64,000 bases of DNA from the human T2T-CHM13v2.0 reference genome, Homo sapiens: assembly GCF_009914755.1 (NCBI RefSeq), contig NC_060927.1; one strand, written 5' to 3'. Position 1 is the first letter of the stretch. Each line of letters opens with the position of its first letter. Positions 13,746 through 27,290 of this stretch are shown piece by piece. The translations under genes were made by a program, and so were the position numbers. The notes under the pieces were generated by a model. The model was not told the origin of the DNA. It made no database searches and worked only from the letters and a program-made list of their open reading frames with translations.

Positions 13746-16239
13746 GAATAAGATCTGGTATTTGATAGCACAACAGGGTGGCTACAGACAACAGTAATTT
13801 ATTGTACATTTATAAATAACTAAGAGTATAATTCAATTATTTTTAACACAAAGAAAAGATGAATGCTTGAAGTGATGGATACCCCATTTATCCTGATGTG
13901 ATTATTATCCTGTGATTATTGTATGCCTCTATCAAAATATGTCATGTACCCCATAAATGTATATACCTATATGTCCATAAAAATTAAAAACAAATAAAAA
14001 ATAAAACATTAACAGTTTCAATCAGCCATGTTAGATAATATACAATCTTTCCATTTTCTCTATAGAAAATAATGTTACAGAACTTTTATATGAAAAAAGA
14101 GATAAAAGAATTTACAATTAAAAATATAGAGAAAAAAATTATAGAAGTGTGGTGGGCAGTTAATTAATCAATCTATCACTTTTTTTCTGGATTTTATAAT
14201 GCATGTGGTTTCTGTTAGAACATTTTAATTTTTCATTTGTTGCAATCTTTTTTTTTTACTCTAAATAAATATTAACACTGGTGCCTTATTCTGTGTAAAT
14301 TCCTTAAAGGGAGTCCTCCAGAAGTTTTGGGCCCCTAAACCTGGGTCTACTCCTGCTGAGTGCACCACATACCTCCCCCTCTGGAGGGTCCTTTCCAAAA
14401 GTGTTGCCACAAACCAGGCTGTGGGCCTGCATTCACAGATCTTTCTTCTTCTCTGTCTCAGGGGAAGTCTCTCTCTCTACTACTTTTCTAGGGATTCTGT
14501 GCTCCCCTCTGCCCATCTTAGACCGAGCTCTTTGTTGAGGTCAAGGGTTTCACAAAAAGCAAGACATGTTTTCAGCTGTAAGCATTTTCTATTATTTCCT
14601 CTACAAGAATCCCCAAGGCAAGGAAATATTATGGACCTGAATACCAGTTTAGGACTTGAGGAGAGAAGGTTGTGGAAATCTACAAATTGATTTCTCAGTA
14701 AATGATCCTGCTCATGCATCCAGCATGAACTAATATGATTGCTCTAATTGTTTTAACAGTCCTATTAATGTCTGTCTTCAATAAGTAGATGACATTTATA
14801 TAAAAATTAAATAATATAAAGCATATCTTGAATCCGTTGAGGGGAAAGAATGTTCCTCTAGAGTTGCAGTGACCCCAGCAGTTGCACATAAGAGACATTC
14901 TAGTTTTTGCTATACAGTCTGAGGAAGCAACCAGAACTTCAGCAAGTTCTGGGGCTTCTCCCACATCACTGCCATATGCTCCCAGATGGGAACATAAATA
15001 AGCAATGAAAAGGGAGTGTTGAAATGAGAGATCTGGTAACAGGTCATTTGAAAAGACAGAGCAAAGACTTGTAGCCATTTTCTAGCAATTTCACAACTAC
15101 TACTGAAATCAGCATAACATTTGCAACCTGGCCTATGTTAGAAAAAAAAGGCATGTAATATACCACCAATGAAATTGTGGTTTGAATTCTCTCTGAATGT
15201 GCGTTTATTTCTCTTTTATCCCAGCTGCATCTATACCTACCTTGCTGTGAAACAGCATAATTAACCGGTAGGTTTCAGGGAGAAGTGATAATTTTCAGCT
15301 TATTCTAGGTCATTTTCAGTCAACATTTTAGCTTGAAAATGCTTTTCCCTTCTCCCTTTGGCAGCAGCTTTCAGAAGTGGATTTTGCTGAAGCCTTCTAT
15401 TTTCATCACTCTGATTGCTTTATTTATGCAGCAAATCACTGATTTGGTGTTTAGGAAATTGTCATGTTTGGGCAGCAAAGCTTTTTAGTTAATGGATTGA
15501 GGAGTTCTAAACTTGTTTATAAAATACATGTATTTTTTAAAAGGCCCATAAAGTTCCAACTCATCATTCATTATATTCAGGGTAGTGATTAACAGTAAGT
15601 TCTTTTACCATTTACTTCAACTCTTCCTGTCAAATCAACACTGAAGAACATATTTATCTAAACTTAAGAATATCTTGGTACTTGTCTTAATAACTAGGTT
15701 GGATAAATCAGTCTTTTCTTTAAACAGCACTCTTAGTACTTTCTTCCCTGAATATCTAATCTCGTTGAATAGAATCCTTCAGGAAAGTAGAAAGATAGCC
15801 TGGAAAGATAGCCTCGCTATGACACTTCCCATCTGGAAAATGACTAGGAACACCTCTATTGAAATGACAACAGTGAATGATAGAGAGTAATAGATGCATA
15901 GGCCATAGATTTTGGAATTAAGTAGAAATCAAGGTTATGTGCTAGTCTTGGCTCTGCCATGACTTGGTTATGTCACTGTCTGGACCTTTCATGGCTTGTT
16001 TCTCCGTCAATGAATTAAGAAAGTTGGATTAGACTATTATAATTTTTTGTTGTTGTTATTGTTTTAAGCAAGAGTTTTTCAAATGAAAATTTACTTGAAA
16101 TTTAGATATATAATGAAATATATTGGTTTTCTATTGCTGTATAACAAATCTCCCCAAAATTTAGTACCTTAAAGCAAAGGTAGTAATTTATTAATCTCTC
16201 ACAGTTCCATGGGTTGGGAAATGGAGATTGACTTGGCTG

Positions 16240-16860
16240 TGTTACCAAACTAAACTTGGCTCTACTTGCCCTGTGTGCAGAAAAAGCCAAACACTAATAT
16301 TAAGATCTGCAGCAAGAGAAATTATTGCATTTATTGTAGGGTGCCAAGCAAGGAGAATCAGGCAGCTAATGCTTAAGACCTGAACTCTCTGATGGCTTAC
16401 AAGCAAGGGTTTTGAAAGGCAGGGGTATATTTTAAGAAAGCAGAAGTTACAAGTAAAATCATAGGTGAATACATGGAAGTTACATATTGGTTTGGCCCAA
16501 AAAGGTAGGATATCTTGAAGTGGGAGCTTACAAGTCATAGGTGAATTCAGAGATTCTTTGATTTTGCAATTGGTCAAGGAAGCAAGGCTTTTGCTAAAAA
16601 CTTGGGGTCAGCAGAAAGAATTGTTAAGGTGTGGTCTGTGGGCATGACCTTTTCCAGGACCCTCAGGAAGAAATTTAGAACAAAGAACAATGGTCAGAAT
16701 GTAGTTCTCAATTCCTTCTTAACTGAGGTCTACTTGATGGTGGTCAACATTTTCCATTTGTTGGGGAAAAAAATAACTCAAGAATATATGTCAAGATGTC
16801 ATCTTTTGCTTTTATAGGGAGCCAATATCTTATGAGTCTAATTTACTTGGGTCTCACTAG
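16240..16860 (-). mobile_element. ERV1-class LTR (MER4-group-like) adjoining an MLT1 fragment (about 16120-16240)
   Basis: tgttaccaaactaaac end, tttattgtagggtgccaagcaaggagaatcaggcagc poly(A) region; subfamily uncertain. Confidence 0.65.
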
Positions 16861-18469
16861 TTGATAGCTGTTAATGTCCCCCTTGTTTTTCTCCCTTCAG
16901 GTGGCTTCTCTTCAGTGATTTCCATTAACTTGCAGAACTTAACCTTGTAAGTATTGATATTAGAGGCATTTATTTTTACTGTGGTTAGAGGAGAGAAAAT
17001 GTTAGGTCTTTGCAGGACCCATCTCATGTGCATGACTCCCTGCAGCCCTCAGCAACCCTTTCTGAGGTTCTCCCTTCTTCAGGATCTCAAAGGCACTGGA
17101 GAACTGTGAGAGCTGGAGCCTAAGGGGAGACCAAGGAAGTGCCAGCCCCAGTCTTAGAAAACCCTCCTCCCTGTCCCCTACACGCTTCTAGGTAACCCGG
17201 GGTGGGACAGCATCTCTCTCTCCCCCTGCCCCCAGTAGTATCCTTTAAAGGGCTTGGTGGGAACATCCAAGGCCCTGAATCTGCCAGTGCAGGTGCAGTC
17301 GACACCAAGCGGAAGCCACCCAGCTGGCTTTTAATCTGTCTGACCTAGCACCACTGGACTGTCTCAAGTCCTCCAGAATCCTGGCCCCCCCTATATTTGG
17401 GGGGATTCTTGAAGGCACATGTTTTTTGTAGTTATTGCTTGCTCTGACTTCCTGCTTCTGTTGATTGCTGTCCCTTGCAGCCACCTCCTTCTTTCTGCCT
17501 TGCATCCACCCAAACATTGGATCCAACTTTCTTTCCTTGCCTTCTCCAAATATACCTCACACTCCTATGGAGCCTTTGCTACTGGGTCTGTGGGGGCAAT
17601 CACAGTGCTGGGGTTGGGAGGCCCTGTGGGTAAACACAGCAGGTCAGTTAATATCAGATATCAGGGATCCCTGTTTTCAGAAGTTCCTCCGCCAATCCTC
17701 CCACCTGTCCCTTGCTACTCACTGTCTCTTCCTGGCTCCTACTTTCCTGCCTTCTTGCTTGGTCTCCACTCAGCTTCTCTCTGGTTTCAACCCCTTTATT
17801 TCCTCATGCTGTGGGGAGCTCTCACAGAGCTCAACATTCTTCCATCTTTGCAGGAGGAGCAATTTTATTCTTCAGTCATGTTCCTAGTTTGATCCAGGGC
17901 ATGTGTTGAGGTTATCTTTCTACACACACAAAAAATTTTTTAAATACAAATATAAATGCATATAAGTAAATATTTTTATATCTATTCTCCCTGAGATTTT
18001 CCAATGCCTAATATTAAACTAACCATCTTTATTTTAGCTCCCACTACCCATATAAGGGTTTCATGGTGGGGAACGAGCCACAGGACAGAAGGCTGTGCGG
18101 CAAAATAGTTATGCCTTTAGCTTCTGGACACAGAGAGACCCAGATATGAATCTTGGCTCTAATACTCACTTGCTATGTGATCTTGGGCAAGTTATTCAAC
18201 TTCTCTGAGCTTCAACTTCCTCACCTGTAAAATGGAGGTAACAACAACTATCACCTTATAGGGTTCCCATGAGCATTAAATGAGAAAATACATATAAATC
18301 TCAGTGTTTGCTGCTTAATAAGCATTTGATATATAGCTCTTTTATGTAGGTCACTGTATGAAGCAGAGAAGACAATAAGGTTTTGCCAAAAGAATAGTTG
18401 TAATAATGTTATTAGCATACACTATTATATATGCCAGGCACTTTACGTGTATTAGTTCATTTTATTTTA

Positions 18470-19063
<594 letters not shown>

Positions 19064-19730
19064 TTAACTCATTTTAATTCACATAATAATTATCTAAAGG
19101 AGAGAATATTATTTGTCTCTCAAAGATGTGAAAACTCAAATCATTACTTCAAGGTTACATGGCTAGGAAGCACAGAATTTAAACCAGGCTTGCCCATGTC
19201 CTTGCTCTCTACACTATTTTTTCTTCCTTTTTATTTCCACACTGAGCATTAGAACCAGATATACCCTAGAAAGTACAAATCACAGAGTGTATATCTGATT
19301 AGATCTCCTGAAGCAGAGGCTGAGATGGAGTTTGGGGCACAGGATGTTTTTTAGAGATCAATACCTGTAGAAGAGGCAGGGAGCAAGAAGAATGAGGCGG
19401 CGGAAGGAGGTGAACCCTGATACAGGACTGACAAACCTTTGACCAACCCCACAGGGCACTCCAGAACACAGGTAGCTCATCAAAATGGTTTTAGGAAGCG
19501 AAGTAGTTTTTGGTGCAGCAAAATTGAACCCATGGTAAGTATTCACGGGAGGTCAGTTATTAGGAATGTATCAGTTAGCAACTGTATTCAGCTCATATTG
19601 GAGACAACAATTTCTCTCAAAACAAATTAGGGATTGGACTTTTCTTTCACATAAAAGAAACCTGGAGATCAGCAGTATGAACTTTCTATACTATCCTCCA
19701 TGATATCAGCAGATCTACTTAAACTCTTTC

Positions 19731-19830
19731 TTTTTTTTTTTTTTTTTTTTTTTTAGCAGCAGCAAGATTTATTGTGAAGGGCAAAAGAACAAAGCTTGCA
19801 CAGTGTGGAAGGGGACCCAAGTGGGTTGCC
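19731..19830 (-). mobile_element. Polyadenylated LTR12 (ERV9) R-region fragment
   Basis: Minus strand GGCAACCCACTTGGGTCCCCTTCCACACTGTGCAAGCTTTGTTCTTTTGCCCTTCACAATAAATCTTGCTGCTGCT followed by A24. Confidence 0.8.
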
Positions 19831-21521
19831 CTCTTAGCTCTGATAAAGACTCCCTCCTTGACCAAACTTTAGCTGAGCTCCACTGAGCTCTCTTCTCAAC
19901 TAGGCCTAAGCAAATTAATGCAGGAACTGAAAAGCAAATACTGGATGTTCTCATTTATAAGTGAGAGCTAAATATTGGGTACACTTATAAGTGAGAGCTA
20001 AACATTGCAATGGGAACACTGGAATTGCGTGAACTGAGTGATCATTTCAGAAAATAAAAGGGTTTTCTGCAAAGGTTTCAGCCCCTGGTGTTTCCAGCCA
20101 CTTCTAAACAAACAGCAGTAGTGTCAACTTACCTGGCCTTCCTCTGCCGCCAGCCCCAGGCGGTCATGTTTGCCTAACCGAATACTGGAAGTTCTGCTTT
20201 CTCCATCACACCTTTAGTTCCATCTCAAACTTCTCTTCCCTTCCCCAGATTTTAACACTGCTCAGCATTACCACCAGGAAAATATCCTGCATCATCTGTC
20301 CTACAAGCCCCACAATATGTGTGAGCAGTCTGATACTGCCCAAGTTCATGAACCTCAAGTGGTGTGATTTTTCTCCAGCAATGTTCAGCTGCTGAGGCCA
20401 GGCCTGGAGAAGATGAAAAGCCAGGCTTTGCTTTCAATAAGATCAGTGCATATGAGATAAGGCAGATGAGCTAGAACAGAAAATAGTGGTCAAAGAAAGG
20501 AGTGTATGAAATCAAGAATTTGGAGTTTTATTCAACAATTCTATCGTGAGTGGCCACTATATGCCAGGAGAATTCTATGATTAAGTTACTTTGTAAATCT
20601 TGTCTAGAAGGAGGACAGAATAGACCAAGGCTAAAGTTGGAAGTGTCAAAGAAGCAGAAGTCACTCACATTAGCTAGAATGTGGGATGTTTGGTCATTTT
20701 TGTGATTTGGACAATGTTCATGCTTCGTGTTCAGACATGATTACAGTGTGGTCTTGTTTTGTTTTGATCCATCAGGGTCACTGAGTGGCCTTCTCTGATG
20801 TTGTTTTTCTGTGAAAGAGTTGTGTTCGACAGGAGAACACCAAGGCCCAGCTGATAGTACCAGGCCAGCTTCCAGGTGTCAAGGACTGCTTTTCGCTTTT
20901 GTCACCCCTTAGAACTAACCACACATTAAGAGAAAGAAAATTCCAGTTTTAAATAAACTGGCTTTACTAGTCTCATGAAAACATTTGAATTTTACTTATT
21001 ATAGGTACAGTCTAGAGACACATAGTCTCAGAGTCTGACCTACTTTAAAACTGTGATAATCTTTGGGGGATTAGCTCGTGGACGCTAAATAAATTACTTT
21101 TAAATTCCATTATAGTTGCTGTGGTTTTAAAATAACAACATACTTTGTATTTTCATGACCTGTATATTGGTTTTCCTTCCTCCCCCAACAGCATTCCTGC
21201 TATTTTAGCAAACAAATGCATCTAGAAACAACGTATGATTCCCCAAATCGTACTATTCAGGGGAAAAATAAAATAAAATGTTAATGCTAGAAGGAAGATA
21301 TCAGGATCCCAACCATCGTCAAAGTCACCAAGCTACAGTGGAAGCATAAAAAGCTGATCCTAGGTCTCCAGACTCCTTGCTTTAGTTGGACAGCCTGATA
21401 CTTGGGTGGGCAGAGACATTTTCTGTCTGGTTACTGTTGTATTTCCACTGCCTAGGATGTTGCTGGATAAATTATACGTGTTCAATAAATGAATACATAA
21501 AATTTTTTGATAAACAAAGCA

Positions 21522-21829
<308 letters not shown>

Positions 21830-21884
21830 AAACAAAGCACTTTTCTAGAAAGTCAGTGATTTGGAGCTGTAAGGTACTTTAGAC

Positions 21885-22175
21885 CCTGTTATTCAAAATA
21901 TGCTCTGTTGGCCAGCAGCATCAGCATCACCTGCTAAACTGTTAGAAAAGTGGAATCTCAGGCTCCACCCAAAATTACTGAATCAGAATCTGCATTTTAT
22001 TTAACAAATTCTCAAGTGATAAATAGGGATGTGAAAGTTTGAGAAGTACTGCTATAGACATCATCTATGTTTCTCAATCTTGGCTGCATATCACTGTAAG
22101 GAGCTTTTAAAATATATGAATACTTAGGCTCTATCTCCAAAGAACTTGATGTTCAGCCAGGATTGAGGACCACTG
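21885..22175. mobile_element. MER5A plus MER5B-like MITEs
   Basis: ccagcagcatcagcatcacctg...gaatctgcatttt...tttgagaagtactg, then a second ttctcaatcttggctgcat...ttgaggaccactg. Confidence 0.75.
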
Positions 22176-22772
22176 TTTGCAGCCCAATATCCTGTGTAAC
22201 TGAGTTACTTAACCTTTCTGTGCCTGTTTTCTTATGTGTTAAATGGAGCTACCAATATCCTCTAGCCAAAGATCATAAGGAATACACTGTAATTAAACAG
22301 TCCCTTCAGTGGCTTGCTGCAGTAAGGAAAATGCCACATCAAAAGAGGCCATGAGGCATTTCCGAAACAATATGTTAGGGTAAGGCTGTTTACAGGAATA
22401 TGAACTTGTGTTAGGTGATGTGGGAGAGAATTCAAAGTATTGTTTTGCTCTGAATTGAGTGCTGTCTAGAAGTGGGAGCAATTCTATTACGCCTTAATAA
22501 TTTTTATATAGGAGATGAGAGGAATAAAGCAAGTTAAAGGCTGTAATTTGTGAACAAGTAATCACTCATATTAGCTAAAAGAGGGGGATATTTGGTCATT
22601 TTTAATGGGTTGGATTGTTCTTGTTTTTTCTGTGTTTGGACACAACTTTAGAGAGACCTTATTTTTGTCTTGCTCCATTATGGTCAGAGTAGCCTAGTCT
22701 GCTGTTGGTGTACATGAAATTGTTTGTGTCCAACATGTAATAACTATAACAGTTGTTGATAAAAGATTTTAC

Positions 22773-23116
<344 letters not shown>

Positions 23117-23531
23117 TAACAGTTTTTGCTTACACTGTCTGATGTCAATCTTGCTACAACCAGCTTTCTTTTTGTTAATATTTTCTTGATACACATAGTT
23201 TTCCTTTCAAAGTATTTTAAACCCTTCTTTGTGGTTTTAGGAGATCTCTCATTAATGACATCTAGCTGGTATTTCTTTAATCTCACAATCTCGATCTTTT
23301 ATAAGTAAATTTAATCCATTTACATTTATTATAGTTTGTATGACTTTCTCAGTACTATCTTCTTTCTTAATTCTCCTTTTAGTCATCTAAAGTTTGTATT
23401 AAATATTTTTTTTCATTTCTAGCATTTTAAATTCTTCATGGAAATCCATTCGTTTCCTATCTGCCTATTTTTATTTTGTAATTTCTTGCTATGTTGAATA
23501 AAATTTAGTTTTATTTACCTCCTTGAGCATC

Positions 23532-23892
23532 TGTTTTAGTTCACTCCTACTGCTATAAAAATATCTAAGATTGGGTAATTTATAAAAAACAGAAATCTAT
23601 TTTTATTCACAGTTCTGGAGGCTGAACAGTTAAAAATCAAGGGGTTGGCAGATTTGGTGTCTGGTGAGGGCTGCTCTCTGCTTCCAAGATATCACTTCCT
23701 TATGTGTCTTCACATGGAAAAAGGGGGCAAATAGCTCCCTTGAACCTCGAACCGATCAGGGTGCTGATCTTGTTCATGAGGGCTTTGTCCTCATCACTTA
23801 GTCACCTCCTAAAGGTCCCACCTCTTAATATTATCACTTTGGCAGTTAAGTTTCAACATATTGATTTTAGGAAGACATATTCAGACCATAGC
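23532..23892 (-). mobile_element. MaLR LTR (MLT1A/MST-type)
   Basis: ctgctataaaa...tcacagttctggaggctg...ttcagaccatagca. Confidence 0.82.
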
Positions 23893-23935
23893 AGCATTCT
23901 AAACATATTAAGACTTTTGTTGAACTCTTGCATAA

Positions 23936-24280
<345 letters not shown>

Positions 24281-24374
24281 CATATTGGCTCTTTCTTTGC
24301 ATTGATTTTTTATGTTTTAGAATTTGGATTTTGAATGGGAGATATTTTATTTCCTCTTAACAATGTATTTTCTG

Positions 24375-24675
24375 GGCCGGGTGTGGTGGCTCATGCCTGG
24401 AATCCCAGCACTTTGGGAGGCAGAGGCGGGTGGATCACGAGGTCAGGATATCGAGATCATCGTGGCTAAAATGGTGAAACCCTGTCTCTACTAAAAATAC
24501 CACAAATGAGCCAGGCATGGTGGCACGCACCTGTAGTCCCAGCTCTCAGGAGGCTGAGGCAGGAGATTCGCTTGAACCCAGGAGGTGGAAGTTGTAGTGA
24601 GCCAAGATCGTGCCACTGCACTCCAGCTTGGGTGATAGAGCGAGACTCCATCTCAAAAAAAAAAAAAAAAAAAAA
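24375..24675 (+). mobile_element. Alu (AluSc/Y-like)
   Basis: ggccgggtgtggtggc...gatcacgaggtcagga...A tail. Confidence 0.94.
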
Positions 24676-25999
24676 GGCAGTATTTTCTATTTGTCTTTAT
24701 ATTTCAATGCTCGTCTGTCCTTATTTGATGTTTGCATAGTTGCTTCTATCTGGCTTCTGAGCCTGCAGTACAAAATGGCCTCAAGGGATCCTGACCTTTA
24801 GTGATACTGAAGACTTTGCAATTCCTGTTACTGAGCCAATGAAAACTTATCCCTTAGGTGTCATAAAATTTCGAAGGGGATCTCCCACATCCTCAGGCAA
24901 GCAAATGTCATAGGCAGCAGTACAGTTTTTCTTTCTTGTCTTCATTTGATGTAGATGTTGGAGTGGTGAAATTCCTTCTGAACCTCTGGCTTCATGCAAC
25001 AAGTTTGGCTTTGGTCTCTCCTCTTGGGTGAAGCATTTTGGTCCCCTTAAATCCCACTGCTACCATTTTTCTTCTTACCTATGTCCTAGGAGTCTTGTGC
25101 TTCAGTTTATTCTCTGCTTTATGTTTTTTTTTTTCCTTTTATGGTTTATCTTGTTGTGAAACATGGCTATGTCTATTTTTATACTTAATCTATCACTGCT
25201 ATGTTTTGAAGCAAAGGAGGTGCAAAAAAAACATGATCTCATTTCACTTTGTTCAGAAGTCCCAACTTGCCATTCTTAATATTACTCTGTTACATAATCC
25301 TATAAGTATATAAGCTCCTGGAAGGCAGGGGCTATGAGCTCCACATCATGGTCTCCCCAGAGTTAGTACAATGTCCAGGACATGGGAGAGGTCCTCCATA
25401 AATGCTGATTTGAGTTTGTTGACTTGGTAGGTGCCAGCCTTATCTCGAAGCCTCATGTTTTGAGAATCTATCACTACAGTCCTTTTTAAAAGCCTCTTCT
25501 CAGAGAGAGATGTTCATTTATTTCTTTATCTATAGGTGTTAATTTTTTAGTTCTATATTTGTGCATTAAAAAGAAGATCAAACTAGTCTCAAAGGCCTCA
25601 CAAACCTAAAAGCTTACATAAATGGTCAAAGAAGATAAATTTGGAAGAAGTATGCTGTATATTTCCCTTTCCCTCCAACTTCTAAATTTCCTTTCCAATC
25701 CTAGCTCAAGTCTCCCGGATATCTTTCCTAAGCAACTCTTCTGACAATCCTGACTTAGAATCCCTTCAGCAACGGTGGGTAAAGGTATATTATTATTATT
25801 CTATTGTGCATGGTTCTATGGTACTTTAAAATAGTTGCTTCACCTATAAAGTTTTGAGGCAAATTTTGAAGTTTTTCTTCGGCACCATTCTATTACTCAC
25901 TTTTGAGCCCATCTGACAGCCCTTCATTATATCCCTTACTTTCCATTTCCACCCTTCCATACACGACTTGCTCTTAACAGACAATTAATAAAAAATATT

Positions 26000-27290
26000 T
26001 TAAATTCATTTTGAACTGAGATATAGCATATATAAGTGCATAAGTTTTAAGTGAACACAATAAAATTTTACATATAAACATATACATTCACGTAGTCATT
26101 ACCCAGATAGAGATACAGAGCATTTCCAACATTACAGATGGCTCCTGTGAGCTCCTTCCCAGTCAATATCCTCTCCTCTGTGGAAGTAACTTGCCAATTT
26201 CAATTCTGATCTCTAGTACTACATATTAGTTCTGCCTGTTCTTGAACTTCATATAAAATATTAGTTTTGCCTATTCTTGAACTTCATATAAATGGAACCA
26301 TAACTGTATGTATTTCTAAACTTTAGAAATAATTTAAAACTTACACACAAGTTGCAATAATAGTACAGTGCATTCATATGCCCTTTGCTCAGATTTATGT
26401 ATTGGTAATATTTTGCCTTTATTTGCTTTATTATTTACTTTACTACCTACCTATATATCTCTATCATCTACCTAAATATTTTTTTCTGAGCCTCTTCTTG
26501 AACATTTGAGAATAACTAAGTTGTATATCCCATATCTATTTACCTCTATATACCTTCAGTGTGCATTTTCTAAAAATAAGAGTTTCTCTTATATAACCAT
26601 AGTAGGGTTATCAAGTAAACATTGATAACATTTTTATCTAAAGTACATATTCTGGATTTACCAATTGATCCAATACAGGATTCAGTCTAGCATCAGGTAT
26701 TACATTTAGTTGTCATGGCTCCCTAATCTCTTTTAATCTGGTATAGTCTTCTGTTTGGTCTTTTATGACATTTAACATTTTTGAAGAAATTCTCTTTTTC
26801 TTTTCGTGGGATTTGCCTGATATTTCTTAATGATTACATCTGGGTTATGCATTCCCAGCTGGGATATTACATAAATGATGTTATGTCTTTGGTGTCTCAT
26901 ATCTGGTGACAAATGATGTTCATTTGTCCCTCATTTGACATATTAATTTTGTTCACTTAGTAATCATTGTATAGTTAGAATTTTCCTCTTTCAACTAATA
27001 AGCAAGCTGTGGGGAGACACTTTAAGACCATACACATATCCTGCTCCCCAACAAAATCTATCCCTCCCTAATCCTAGATTTAGTATCCATTGATGATTCT
27101 TATGTGAACCAATCTTTATCATGATGGTTGCAAAATAATGAAGTTAATAATAAAGTTGGATTTTCCAACTCTTAACACCCCTACTATATTTATTAGTTGG
27201 TACTCAACATTCTACTGTAATCGACAGTCCTCCCTTTTCTCTTGTTTATTTATTATTATGGGTATGAACTCCGGATTCCTGTTTTCCAAG
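26000..27290 (-). mobile_element. Ancient L1MC/ME fragments
   Basis: cttgaacttcatataaatggaacc, gttgcaataatagtacag, ttacatttagttgtcatg, tgtggggagacacttt motifs of L1MC/ME 3' ends. Confidence 0.7.

Noticed and set aside
17419-17892. 157-aa hydrophobic ORF (longest in the track) with overlapping 140-aa ORF
   Set aside because: CT-rich composition explains the lack of stops; no recognisable domain, and overlapping open frames are typical of biased sequence.
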